Assembly: GCA_014190035.1 (NCBI GenBank)
Contig: BJFU01000001.1
Span: 14,135-78,134 of the forward strand
Reading direction: 5' to 3'
Length of the DNA stretch: 64,000 bases
Source of the DNA: Actinomycetes bacterium
GTDB lineage: Bacteria > Actinomycetota > Actinomycetes > S36-B12 > UBA5976
The notes below the pieces were generated by a model, which worked only from the letters and a program-made list of their open reading frames with translations, searched no databases and had not been told where the DNA came from. A program made the translations under genes and the position numbers. Of the stretch, positions 1-9,510 are shown one piece after another; positions within the stretch are counted from its first letter, which is position 1, and each line of letters begins with the position of its first letter.

Positions 1-877
1 CATACAGGCTAACTGCTGCCACATTTGATTTAAGAACTTGCAAAACAATCTGCTTATGACCTATTTCATAAACAGCATTGCTCAAAGCGTTCATAATCTT
101 TTTAGCTAAACCTTTGCCTCGATAACTTTCTTCTACCCAAACTGTTGTAACCATTGCTAAATCTGAAGAAGCAGAAACTCTTCCCGTGGCAATGATTTTA
201 TTTTCACTGTCTAAAATAGAAGCAAATCTAACAAAACTTCCACTAACTAACAATTCTTTACTTAAACGTGGGGCTTTAGCATCAGATGACATAACTGCTT
301 CCAACCATTTAGGAGTTAATTCTCTTTCCATGATCACATCTTTGTTTTCAGATTTAATTGTTGGAGCAATCATATATAAAGCGTGAGCAACTTCTACAAA
401 ATTGTTTTTAGCCAAAGCTTCATCAAAGGCTCCAGGTTTAGGAGATTGCACAATTGCCGCAGTTTTTTTTGATCTATACCAATCAATAATTTTCTTTAAG
501 GAGTCATCAACTGAATCTTGGGGTCTGCCATCTAGTCGACAAGAATTAGCACGAGCAGATTCATTTCCTGAAAACCTTAAAACCCAATCGCCCAGATTTT
601 CAGTTTCATTTGGAACCCAAGTACTTTCAGAATCTCGTTCTAAATCAAGAGATCCAATTTCTGGTTCAATAACCTTGGCCGCAAAGATTTTTCCCGTCAC
701 AATTTCTTGGATTGAATCACCTTTTTTTCGAACACCGATTACCCCTGTTGGCCAATCACCGACCCAAGAAACTAAATGACCCAATACGTCAGTTAACTCA
801 GCATCAGCTAAATGGCGCACAGTTATGCGCCTGCCGATATCTGAAGGGCTAATTCTTAGCCTGCCGATTGCTGACAT
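1..877 (-). CDS. GNAT family N-acetyltransferase (C-terminus truncated by window edge)
   Basis: Minus-strand ORF from ATG at 877 running off the window start (MSAIGRLRISPSDIGRRITVRHLADAELTDVLG...). The distal part carries the acetyl-CoA-binding motif YRGKGLAKKIMNAL. The + ORFs 186..386 and 402..779 are antisense shadows. Confidence 0.65.
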   Translation of the reverse strand, partial: MSAIGRLRISPSDIGRRITVRHLADAELTDVLGHLVSWVGDWPTGVIGVRKKGDSIQEIVTGKIFAAKVIEPEIGSLDLERDSESTWVPNETENLGDWVLRFSGNESARANSCRLDGRPQDSVDDSLKKIIDWYRSKKTAAIVQSPKPGAFDEALAKNNFVEVAHALYMIAPTIKSENKDVIMERELTPKWLEAVMSSDAKAPRLSKELLVSGSFVRFASILDSENKIIATGRVSASSDLAMVTTVWVEESYRGKGLAKKIMNALSNAVYEIGHKQIVLQVLKSNVAAVSLY

Positions 878-970
878 ACGAGAAAATTTGTTCCTTTCAT
901 ATACTCTTTACATATAAATAGTAGAGATGAAGTAGTTTTGTCTTACTTTCCCGAGTAGAGGAGTCCAAGC

Positions 971-1291
971 GTGACCTACGTTATCGCCGAACCATGCATT
1001 GATATCAAAGATAAATCATGCATTGAAGAATGTCCGGTTGATTGCATCTACGAAGGCGAACGCATGCTCTACATCCAACCTGACGAATGTGTCGATTGCG
1101 GAGCTTGCGAACCTGTTTGTCCAGTTGAAGCAATTTATTACGAAGATGATGTTCCAGAAAACTTTAAAGATTACTCTGCATCAAATGCAGCTTTTTTTGC
1201 TGAAATTGGTTCTCCAGGAGGCGCTGCCAAATTAGGAATGACCTCTAATGATCCTGCTCAAATTAAAGCAATGCCACCAAAGTCTAAATAA
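971..1291 (+). CDS. fdxA: 7Fe ferredoxin (3Fe-4S plus 4Fe-4S)
   Basis: VTYVIAEPCIDIKDKSCIEECPVDCIY...CVDCGACEPVCPVEAI, the classic actinobacterial FdxA cysteine pattern. GTG start. Confidence 0.92.
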   Translation: MTYVIAEPCIDIKDKSCIEECPVDCIYEGERMLYIQPDECVDCGACEPVCPVEAIYYEDDVPENFKDYSASNAAFFAEIGSPGGAAKLGMTSNDPAQIKAMPPKSK

Positions 1292-1300
1292 GAAAAACTT

Positions 1301-2245
1301 GTGAGTAATCAAAAGCTGGTCTACTTAGGACCACCAGGAACATTTACTCACGCAGCAATTGACTTAATGACAGTTCCTTGGACTGGCGAAATAATTGCAG
1401 AAAAAGAAGTTTCTGATGTTGTTTTTGCAGTTGAATCAGGAAGCGCTGATGCAGGATTAGTTCCTTTAGAAAATTCTGTTGAGGGCGATGTTCTAAGTAC
1501 TCTTGATGAATTAATTTTTCGTGCTGCACAATGTTTTATTAATGAAGAGATAGTTGTTCCTATTTCATTTGTGCTCGCAGTGCCGTCTTCTACAAAGAAT
1601 GAACCTGTTACAAAAGTATTAACCCATCCACATGCGGCTGCCCAATGTAAAGAATATTTAAAAGCAAACAAAATTGAAGTTGAATTCACAGCCTCCACTG
1701 CTGATGCTTGTCGAATTGTTTCCGAACGAAAAGAACCTGGTTTAGCTGCCATTGCTGCCACAAAAGGTGCTGACACTTTTGGTTTGTTTGTTAAGCAAAC
1801 AAGATTAGAGGATTTTGCTGGTGGAAAAACCAGGATGGCATTAATCTCTCGAAATCTTTCATCCCCAACTGGTCATGACAAAACCACTTTGGTTATCACT
1901 CCAGTTGCTGATCGAAATGGTTTGTTATCAGACATTTTGACCTGTTTTGCTAAAAGAGATATTGGTTTAACTTCAATTAGTTCCAGACCTTTAAAAACTC
2001 GTTTAGGTGAATACACTTTCATGATATCTACACGAGGACACATTGGTGAACCAACATTGCAAGCAGCAATTATGGATGTCAGCAATTTAGGTGCGGCAGT
2101 GAAAGTTCTTGGCTCATACCCAATGAATCCAGAAATTAGTTCTGCTCGTGTTGGCGAATCATTGCCTCCTGGAAGTGTTACTTCAGATGTATTAAAAGAA
2201 TGGGTTGATCGTTTAGTTAAAGCGGCAACTGAAGTTCCACGTTAA
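1301..2245 (+). CDS. pheA: prephenate dehydratase
   Basis: N-terminal LVYLGPPGTFTHAA motif and a C-terminal ACT-like segment (TLVITPVADRNGLLSDILTCFA...SRPLK). Confidence 0.9.
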   Translation: MSNQKLVYLGPPGTFTHAAIDLMTVPWTGEIIAEKEVSDVVFAVESGSADAGLVPLENSVEGDVLSTLDELIFRAAQCFINEEIVVPISFVLAVPSSTKNEPVTKVLTHPHAAAQCKEYLKANKIEVEFTASTADACRIVSERKEPGLAAIAATKGADTFGLFVKQTRLEDFAGGKTRMALISRNLSSPTGHDKTTLVITPVADRNGLLSDILTCFAKRDIGLTSISSRPLKTRLGEYTFMISTRGHIGEPTLQAAIMDVSNLGAAVKVLGSYPMNPEISSARVGESLPPGSVTSDVLKEWVDRLVKAATEVPR

Positions 2246-2262
2246 TTAATTCAAATCAAACT

Positions 2263-3231
2263 ATGAAGATTTCAATTGTTGGCTTAGGCCTAATCGGTGG
2301 ATCAATTGCCCAAGGATTAAAAAGTAAACATCAAATCACAGGATTTGATCCTGATAAAAATACTCAAGACCAAGCCACAAAATCTGGCATAAATATTGCA
2401 TCAGATTTAAACACGTGTGTTAAAGATGCAGAGTTAGTAATTGTGGCAGCACCCACAACACAGAGTGAAGAAATATTAAGAGAATTAAAAAAGATTAATT
2501 TTGCAGCAATTGTGGCAGATATTTGTTCAGTAAAAGCTCCGCTACTAATTGCTGCACAAGGTTTAAATTATGTCGGAACCCACCCCATGGCTGGATCTAA
2601 CGAAGCAGGATTTAGTAGTGCAAATAAAGATTTATTCATTGATGCACCTTGGGCAGTATCAGTTGTAAACGAAACAAACAAAGAAGCATTAGCTGCAGTA
2701 ATAAATGTAATTTGTGAATTAGGCGGATTTGTTGTCCCAGTTGATCCACACGATCACGATGAATCAGTAGTTTTAAGTAGCCACCTCGCTCACGTTGTTG
2801 CATCTGCTTATGCCAAAAGTGTGGGCGAATCAGAATTTGCTCAACTTGCTCAATTATTAGCAGGAGGAAGCTTTAGAGATTTAACTAGAGTTACCACTTC
2901 TCCAGCAGAAAGAACAGCAGAAATTGTTTGGCCTAATAGAAAATCATTATCTAGAGTTGTGGAAAATCTTGGAGAAAATCTAGCTAAATTACAAAACTTG
3001 CTTGATCAAGGAAGCCAAGCTGATATTGAAAAATTCTTAGCTTCAGCAAGTTCTTTAAGAACTATTTCTGATGCCACCTTGGCAAATGTTAAGAATAAAC
3101 AAGGAAACAAAGTTGTTTCAAAAATAGATAATTTAGTGTCTGATTTTCTAAAGTACTCAAAATCTAGAGTTATTGCTTCAGATTTTTCAATAACAAATAG
3201 CGAAGTTAGTTACTTAGTTAACGAAATTTAG
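2263..3231 (+). CDS. tyrA: prephenate dehydrogenase
   Basis: Rossmann motif [14 protein letters not shown] and the GTHPMAGS motif. Adjacent to pheA. Confidence 0.8.
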   Translation: MKISIVGLGLIGGSIAQGLKSKHQITGFDPDKNTQDQATKSGINIASDLNTCVKDAELVIVAAPTTQSEEILRELKKINFAAIVADICSVKAPLLIAAQGLNYVGTHPMAGSNEAGFSSANKDLFIDAPWAVSVVNETNKEALAAVINVICELGGFVVPVDPHDHDESVVLSSHLAHVVASAYAKSVGESEFAQLAQLLAGGSFRDLTRVTTSPAERTAEIVWPNRKSLSRVVENLGENLAKLQNLLDQGSQADIEKFLASASSLRTISDATLANVKNKQGNKVVSKIDNLVSDFLKYSKSRVIASDFSITNSEVSYLVNEI

Positions 3232-4154
3232 TTCTTATGTAGGACTGAATTCAGTCCGCCCCAACTACCTGTTCTAGTTTGCGCTTCAATTGCACCTGTT
3301 TGAGAATTTCTTCTGAAAAGTAAATTGTTACCACCAGATAGTTCTTTAGCTTTAACAATTTTTGCATCTGGCAGTAGTACTTTTGATCCAGCAGTTAAAT
3401 AAAGTCCTGCTTCCACCACACAGTTATCGCCCAGACTTATGCCTAATCCAGCATTTGCGCCAATTAAACATTTTTCGCCCACACTAATTACTTCTTGTCC
3501 GCCACCAGAAAGTGTTCCCATAATTGAGGCACCCCCGCCAATATCTGAACCATCGCCAACTACAACTCCTGCAGAAATTCTTCCTTCAACCATTGATGAA
3601 CCTAAAGTTCCAGCATTGAAGTTAACAAAACCTTCATGCATCACTGTTGTGCCAGATGCAAGATGAGCACCTAGGCGAACTCGATCTGCATCTGCAATTC
3701 GAACACCACTTGGTACAACGTAATCAAGCATGCGGGGAAATTTATCAACTGAAAATATTGTTAAATGTTGACCAGCTTTTTTGGCAATGGCTCTTACTTG
3801 TTCTACTTTTTCTGGCAAAACTGGACCAATAGTTGTCCAAGCAACGTTGTTTAGAATTGCAAAAATTCCTTCAAGATTAATTGTTCTAGGTTTTACTAAA
3901 CGATGAGAAAGTAAATGCAGACGTAAATATGCATCCTCTACAGTTTCAGCAGGTTTTGATAAGTCTTTAATTATGGTTTTAACAACTTTTAGTTCGCAAC
4001 CTCTTACTGAATCTTTTCTTTCAAAAGATGTTGCATCAAGAATTTGGATAGGGGATGAATTCAAAGCTGGGTTTGGGTACCAAACATCCAGTGTTTTCTT
4101 GCCATCAATTGTGGCAATACCTATCGCACTTGCGGCTTCGGTTATAAAACTCAT
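3228..4154 (-). CDS. dapD: 2,3,4,5-tetrahydropyridine-2,6-dicarboxylate N-succinyltransferase
   Basis: Left-handed beta-helix hexapeptide repeats ([50 protein letters not shown]). Divergent from dapE, as in mycobacteria. Confidence 0.85.
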   Translation of the reverse strand: MSFITEAASAIGIATIDGKKTLDVWYPNPALNSSPIQILDATSFERKDSVRGCELKVVKTIIKDLSKPAETVEDAYLRLHLLSHRLVKPRTINLEGIFAILNNVAWTTIGPVLPEKVEQVRAIAKKAGQHLTIFSVDKFPRMLDYVVPSGVRIADADRVRLGAHLASGTTVMHEGFVNFNAGTLGSSMVEGRISAGVVVGDGSDIGGGASIMGTLSGGGQEVISVGEKCLIGANAGLGISLGDNCVVEAGLYLTAGSKVLLPDAKIVKAKELSGGNNLLFRRNSQTGAIEAQTRTGSWGGLNSVLHKN

Positions 4155-4198
4155 GAGTCAAAACTATCTCTTACTTGGGGTTAATGGTCACATAAGGG

Positions 4199-5278
4199 TT
4201 GGCCTGTTGGCAGAATAGGAACGTGTTGAAAATAGATCAAGAACTTGGTGGGTTAACCCTTGATCTTGTCAATATTGCAAGTGTTTCCAAGGACGAGAAG
4301 GCAATTGCCGATTTGGTCCAAGCCGCTTTGTCGGAAGTTAAACATCTAAAGGTTTCTAGAATTAGTAATTCAGTTATTGCCCAAACAAATTTTGGACACA
4401 GTAAACGAGTAGTGATAGCAGGACATCTTGACACAGTTCCTGCCAACAAAAATTTTCCTGGTAAAAAAACTGACACCGAAGTTATTGGTTTAGGTGCAGT
4501 TGATATGAAAAGTGGAGTGGCAGCTGCTTTAAAACTAGCCAGCCAATTAAGTAACACAAAATATGACATTACCTATTTATTTTATGAAGCTGAAGAAATT
4601 GAAACTAAATACAACGGGCTAGAACTTATAACTAAAGAAGCAAAAGATTTATTAAAATGTGATTTTGCTATTTTGATGGAACCAACCAATGGCATCATTG
4701 AAGTTGGTTGCCAAGGTACCCTTCGCTTTGAAGTAGGAGCTAAAGGAACAAGATCTCATTCGGCTAGATGGTGGAATGGAGAAAATGCGATTCATGCCTT
4801 AACTCCAATTTTAGAAATCCTTAATTCTTATAAGTCACGCGAACCTGTAATTGATGGTTATAAATTCCGAGAAGGATTACAAGCGGTAAAAATTAATGGT
4901 GGAGTAGCAGGAAATGTTGTACCGGATTCAGTAACCATGACAATTAATCATCGCTTTGCTCCTGATACCACGCCTGCACAAGCTGAAGAAAATATGAAAA
5001 AACTATTTAAAGATTTTAATTTTCAACTCATGGATGCAGCTTCAGGTGCACCAACCGGATTAGATAATGAATTAATAAAAGACTTTGTTTCAAAAATTGG
5101 CACAGATATTGCACCAAAATTTGGATGGACAGATGTATCACGTTTTGCTTCAGCTGGTATTCCAGCAATTAATTTTGGTCCTGGAGATCCAAACTTGGCA
5201 CATCATCCTGACGAAGTTGTAAAGATTAAACAAATTGAAGATGTCTACACATCCCTTAAATCTTGGCTAACTGCCTAA
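4199..5278 (+). CDS. dapE: succinyl-diaminopimelate desuccinylase (M20 peptidase family)
   Basis: M20 motifs (VVIAGHLDTVP, GAVDMKSG, YEAEE). The start may instead be GTG at 4223. Confidence 0.85.
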   Translation: MACWQNRNVLKIDQELGGLTLDLVNIASVSKDEKAIADLVQAALSEVKHLKVSRISNSVIAQTNFGHSKRVVIAGHLDTVPANKNFPGKKTDTEVIGLGAVDMKSGVAAALKLASQLSNTKYDITYLFYEAEEIETKYNGLELITKEAKDLLKCDFAILMEPTNGIIEVGCQGTLRFEVGAKGTRSHSARWWNGENAIHALTPILEILNSYKSREPVIDGYKFREGLQAVKINGGVAGNVVPDSVTMTINHRFAPDTTPAQAEENMKKLFKDFNFQLMDAASGAPTGLDNELIKDFVSKIGTDIAPKFGWTDVSRFASAGIPAINFGPGDPNLAHHPDEVVKIKQIEDVYTSLKSWLTA

Positions 5279-5734
5279 ATGAAACCAGTTGAATTAACGC
5301 TTTCAGTTGAAATAAATGCTTCCCAACAAGAAGTGTTTAACAAAGTTGTTGACTGGGAAAGTCAAGGCGAATGGATGCTTGGAACCAAAGTAAAAGGTAC
5401 AAAAAATAATGGTCAAGGACTAGGTGGAGAAATAAATGCCTGGACTGGTTTTTGGAAAATAGGTTTTAATGATCCAATGGTTATAACTCAATGGATTGAG
5501 CCAAAAGTTGTTGATGTTAAACACTTAGGGAAAATAGTTAAAGGCACAGGATCAATGATTGTTGAAAAACTTGATGAAAACAAATCAAGATTTATTTGGA
5601 GTGAGTCAATAGACTTGCCTTTAGGTTTATTTGGCAAGTTTGGTTGGTTTTTTATTAAACCTTTTTTTGCTTCTGGAATTAAGTATTCCTTGAATAAATT
5701 TGCGCTCACTTTTGCACAATCAGACCCAAAGTAG
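5279..5734 (+). CDS. SRPBCC (START/polyketide cyclase-like) family protein
   Basis: 151-aa ORF with an SRPBCC-like profile (SVEINASQQEVFNKVVDWESQGEWM). Abuts the dapE stop. Confidence 0.55.
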   Translation: MKPVELTLSVEINASQQEVFNKVVDWESQGEWMLGTKVKGTKNNGQGLGGEINAWTGFWKIGFNDPMVITQWIEPKVVDVKHLGKIVKGTGSMIVEKLDENKSRFIWSESIDLPLGLFGKFGWFFIKPFFASGIKYSLNKFALTFAQSDPK

Positions 5735-5797
5735 ACGAAGTCTTAGCCTTACGAGATAATAGATATAGCAAACTTTAATTATTGAAAAGGTGTTTAA

Positions 5798-5962
5798 ATG
5801 GCCGCAATGAAACCTCGTACCGGTGATGGTCCAATGGAGGTTACAAAAGAAGGACGCGGAGTTGTTATGCGTGTACCTCTTGAAGGTGGCGGACGTTTAG
5901 TTGTTGAAATGACTGTTGAAGAAGCTAAAGAACTTGATGTGCAATTGGAAGTTCTTAAGTAA
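5798..5962 (+). CDS. DUF3117 family small protein (54 aa)
   Basis: Hand-translated: MAAMKPRTGDGPMEVTKEGRGVVMRVPLEGGGRLVVEMTVEEAKELDVQLEVLK. It matches the highly conserved actinobacterial DUF3117 sequence and falls below the 60-aa cutoff of the ORF track. Confidence 0.8.
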   Translation: MAAMKPRTGDGPMEVTKEGRGVVMRVPLEGGGRLVVEMTVEEAKELDVQLEVLK

Positions 5963-5967
5963 TTTTC

Positions 5968-6588
5968 TTAATGCGGTCTGTAAGAAGCCGCAATCATTCC
6001 TGATCCACTTGGAATCATTACCGAAACTAATCTTGAATCATCTTTAATTTTTTCACTTACAATTCTCACCGCTTCATTATCAGCAGCATTTGAATCACCT
6101 AAAACATTATGAAAAACTAATAACCCACCTGGGCGAAGCAATCTTAAAGATTGTTCAAAAAGTGTTTCATATTCTAATTTGTCACCATTGATAAACATTA
6201 AGTCATAAGCGTTATCGGTTAACTTACCTACAACTTCAATAGCTCGACCTGCAATTAATCTAATTTTATTTGTGGCAATTCCCGCATCAGAAAATATCTC
6301 TTTGGCGGCTCGTTGTCTTTCTTGATCAGAATCAATCGATGTTAAAACACCTGCACTATTCATTCCTCTAAACAACCACAAACCTGAAACTCCAGTGCCA
6401 GTTCCAATTTCAACAACATTAGAAGCATCAATTGTGGAAGCCAAAAATTTAAGTAGTGCGCCCACCCCTTGACCTATTGGGTTTAGTCCTAGTTCATTTG
6501 ATTTTTCACGAGCGTTAGAAAGATGAGTATCTTCAGGAATAAAAGTTTGTGAGTAAAGCCATTCACTACTTGATGGAGCTTGTGTCAT
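5968..6588 (-). CDS. class I SAM-dependent O-methyltransferase (caffeoyl-CoA OMT-like)
   Basis: SAM-binding motif VVEIGTGTGVSGLWL and the family 3 OMT profile. Positionally equivalent to mycobacterial Rv1220c. Confidence 0.8.
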   Translation of the reverse strand: MTQAPSSSEWLYSQTFIPEDTHLSNAREKSNELGLNPIGQGVGALLKFLASTIDASNVVEIGTGTGVSGLWLFRGMNSAGVLTSIDSDQERQRAAKEIFSDAGIATNKIRLIAGRAIEVVGKLTDNAYDLMFINGDKLEYETLFEQSLRLLRPGGLLVFHNVLGDSNAADNEAVRIVSEKIKDDSRLVSVMIPSGSGMIAASYRPH

Positions 6589-6758
6589 ATTTTCTAACCT
6601 TTCCCGTGGTTACTATCTTAATGTTTTCTCAGGACTAGTTAGTAGTTTCCTTAGGTTTGAACTAAATGGACTTCCTCAGGAGGCAAAAAGATTGGTTATC
6701 ACTAAACTGGAAATACAGGAGATTTAACCCTCAAAGAGAGTGAAGTTAAAACACAAAA

Positions 6759-7895
6759 ATGGTTGAAAATTCAAATTCACCAACACCAGGTTTTGGAACA
6801 GTTCCATCCTGGGAAAGAAAAAAGAAACGTAAGAACACTCCTCTTTCAGCAGTCATAGTTATTTCTTTAGTTTTTGGTGGTACAGCCGGTGGAGCTCTTG
6901 GTTACCTAGCGGCAGATTTTTCAAATGGAGTTTCCAATTCAACATCTCAAGTTTCAGAAACAAGTAAGCCAGTTGTCATAACTCCAGCAACCGAAACTGT
7001 TTCTCAAATTGTGCAAAATGTTAAACCAAGTGTGGTTTCAATAAAAGCTGAAGGAAATTCAGGTTCTGGTACTGGTTCAGGATTTATCTATCGAGAAGAC
7101 GGATACATCGTAACTAATAATCACGTTGCAGCACCTGCGATTAATGGTGGAAAATTAACTGTCTATTTACAAGACAAAACTTCTTTCGAAGCAAAACTTG
7201 TTGGCAGAAATGCGTCATATGATTTAGCTGTTTTAAAAATAGATGCAACAGGTTTGAAACCAGTGAATATCGGTGATTCAAGTGCCATAAATGTTGGAGA
7301 CCTAACTGTTGCTTTTGGTTCTCCACTTGGTTTAACCGGAACAGTAACTTCAGGAATTGTTAGTGCGCTTAATAGACCAGTAACAGCTGGTGGTGCCGAC
7401 GATCAATCCTTCATTTCAGCGATTCAAACCGATGCAGCAATTAATCCAGGAAATTCTGGTGGACCATTAGTAAATGGTCAAGGGCAAGTAATAGGTGTTA
7501 ATTCTGCAATTGCCACTTTAGGAAACGGTCCACAAAGTGGAAGTATTGGTTTAGGTTTTGCTATTCCCATTAATCAAGCTCAAAGAGTAATAACTGAAAT
7601 TATTCAATCTGGTAAATCAAGCACTCCTATTGCAGGAATAAGTATTGATTCAACTTATGACGGAGTGGGCGCCAAAATTGCTGAAGTAGTAGCAGATGGT
7701 CCGGCTGCTTCAACAGATTTGAAAGTTGGAGATATCGTCACAAAAATTAATGGAGAAGCCGTTGAAGATTCTACTGAATTGATTGTTGCTATCAGAAGAA
7801 ATAATCCTGGAGACACAATTGTGTTAACTGTTAAAAATACTGCTGGAAATGAAAGAGAAGTTTCAGTTGTGTTAGGTAGCAGAGAAGAAGGCTAG
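6759..7895 (+). CDS. htrA: HtrA/DegP-like trypsin-type serine protease with N-terminal TM helix and C-terminal PDZ domain
   Basis: Catalytic motifs TNNHV (His), DLAVLK (Asp) and GNSGGPL (Ser). PDZ-like tail (GDIVTKINGEAVED). Confidence 0.88.
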   Translation: MVENSNSPTPGFGTVPSWERKKKRKNTPLSAVIVISLVFGGTAGGALGYLAADFSNGVSNSTSQVSETSKPVVITPATETVSQIVQNVKPSVVSIKAEGNSGSGTGSGFIYREDGYIVTNNHVAAPAINGGKLTVYLQDKTSFEAKLVGRNASYDLAVLKIDATGLKPVNIGDSSAINVGDLTVAFGSPLGLTGTVTSGIVSALNRPVTAGGADDQSFISAIQTDAAINPGNSGGPLVNGQGQVIGVNSAIATLGNGPQSGSIGLGFAIPINQAQRVITEIIQSGKSSTPIAGISIDSTYDGVGAKIAEVVADGPAASTDLKVGDIVTKINGEAVEDSTELIVAIRRNNPGDTIVLTVKNTAGNEREVSVVLGSREEG

Positions 7896-9016
7896 TTAGT
7901 TAAAAGTCCTAAGTTTTTACCAACTAAACCTTTTGGACTTGTTAATAATGATTTAGCCATATTGATGATTTCAACTGCAGCAGGTGAATCTGGATCAGAA
8001 ATAACTAGCGGCATTCCACTATCTCCACCCTCACGAAGTCGCACGTCAAATGGCACCCGAGCCAAAACTTTTACATCCGTTCCTAATTCATCACTAATAG
8101 CTTTTGCAACAGTGTCGCCGCCGCCTGTACCAAAAAGTTCCATAACTTCACCACAATGAGGACAAGGAACTCCTGTCATATTTTCAATTACACCTACAAC
8201 TCTTTGATGAGTTTGTTTGGCTAATGTTCCTGCTCTAACGGAAACTTCAGCGGCACTAATTTGCGGAGTCGTCACAACAATTATTTCTGATTTAGGAACA
8301 AGTTGAGCAACACTAATTGCAACATCGCCTGTTCCAGGTGGTAAATCAAGTAGCAAAATATCTAAATCTCCCCACCAAACATCTGTCATGAATTGTTCAA
8401 CAGCTTTGTGAAGCATTGGTCCACGAAATGCAATCGGTTGAGTAACTCCACCTGGTTTAAATGCCAGCATTGAAATAACTCTTACTCCGTGTGCAAGTTG
8501 AGGCATGATCATTCCTTCAACAACAGTTGGTGCATTTGTTACACCCATGATTCGAGGAATTGAGTGACCATAAATATCTGCATCAAGAATTCCTACAGAT
8601 AAACCAAGTTCAGCAAAAGCAATTCCCAGATTTGCTGTCAGAGAAGATTTACCAACTCCACCTTTTCCTGATGCCACTGCATAAATTCGAGTTAAACTTT
8701 TCTCGGAAGCAAAAGGGTTTTCTTTGGTCGGTCCTCTAAGTAATTCTTTGAGTTTCTTTCTTTGATCATCATTCATAACGTCTAATACAACTTTTGTTTT
8801 GGCTGAATTATCAATTTCAGCTATAGCATTTGTGACACGTTTGATTATTTCTTCTTTTAAAGGGCAGCCTGAAACAGTTAAATAGATTTCAACTAGTACA
8901 TCTTGACTAGATACTTCAACGTTTTTGACCATGCCAATTTCAGTGATAGATCTTCTAATTTCTGGATCCTGCACAGTGGCAAGAGCGGTCATCACCGCGT
9001 CTTTAGTTAAGGACAC
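7892..9016 (-). CDS. mrp: Mrp/ApbC family Fe-S cluster carrier ATPase
   Basis: N-terminal DUF59-like domain, deviant Walker A SGKGGVGKS, and a CPHC motif. Confidence 0.9.
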   Translation of the reverse strand: MSLTKDAVMTALATVQDPEIRRSITEIGMVKNVEVSSQDVLVEIYLTVSGCPLKEEIIKRVTNAIAEIDNSAKTKVVLDVMNDDQRKKLKELLRGPTKENPFASEKSLTRIYAVASGKGGVGKSSLTANLGIAFAELGLSVGILDADIYGHSIPRIMGVTNAPTVVEGMIMPQLAHGVRVISMLAFKPGGVTQPIAFRGPMLHKAVEQFMTDVWWGDLDILLLDLPPGTGDVAISVAQLVPKSEIIVVTTPQISAAEVSVRAGTLAKQTHQRVVGVIENMTGVPCPHCGEVMELFGTGGGDTVAKAISDELGTDVKVLARVPFDVRLREGGDSGMPLVISDPDSPAAVEIINMAKSLLTSPKGLVGKNLGLLTN

Positions 9017-9024
9017 AGCGCTAA

Positions 9025-9510
9025 TTAATCTTTTTTGTCTTGATTAATTTGTAGTTCTTCAATTAAATCTCTCAATTCGCTCTTGATGTAATCGCGAGTT
9101 GCAACATCGTTTAAGGCTATGCGTAAATCTGCCAGTTCGCGCGCTAGGAATTCTGTATCTGCCAATAGACGATTTGCTTGATTGCGATCTTGCGCACTTT
9201 GCACACGATCTCGATCTGCTTGTCTATTTTGGGCAAGCAAAATTAGAGGAGCAGCATAAGACGCTTGTAATGACAACATCAAAGTTAAAGCAAGGAATGG
9301 CCATGGATCAACTCTGTATTCAAGTGGACCAAGTGTGTTCCATAAAACCCAACCTGCAACAAAAACTGTCATTAACGCAATGAAGCGCCATGAACCAATT
9401 TGTCGAGCAACTCTTTCGCTGACTAGGCCAAATCTTTCAGAGTCATAACGACTCTTGAATTGCAAGCCTCTGCTTCTTGGTTGATCTAAACGTGTTGTTC
9501 TTATTTTCAT
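9025..9510 (-). CDS. DUF1003 domain membrane protein
   Basis: Two TM helices followed by LAQNRQADRDRVQSAQD and a coiled tail, typical of DUF1003. Conserved neighbour of the MgtE-N/CBS gene in actinobacteria. Confidence 0.7.
   Translation of the reverse strand: MKIRTTRLDQPRSRGLQFKSRYDSERFGLVSERVARQIGSWRFIALMTVFVAGWVLWNTLGPLEYRVDPWPFLALTLMLSLQASYAAPLILLAQNRQADRDRVQSAQDRNQANRLLADTEFLARELADLRIALNDVATRDYIKSELRDLIEELQINQDKKD

Noticed and set aside
186-779. The + strand track ORFs 186..386 and 402..779
   Set aside because: They lie antisense to a continuous minus-strand GNAT gene with recognisable motifs. Their composition is low-complexity and they match no family.
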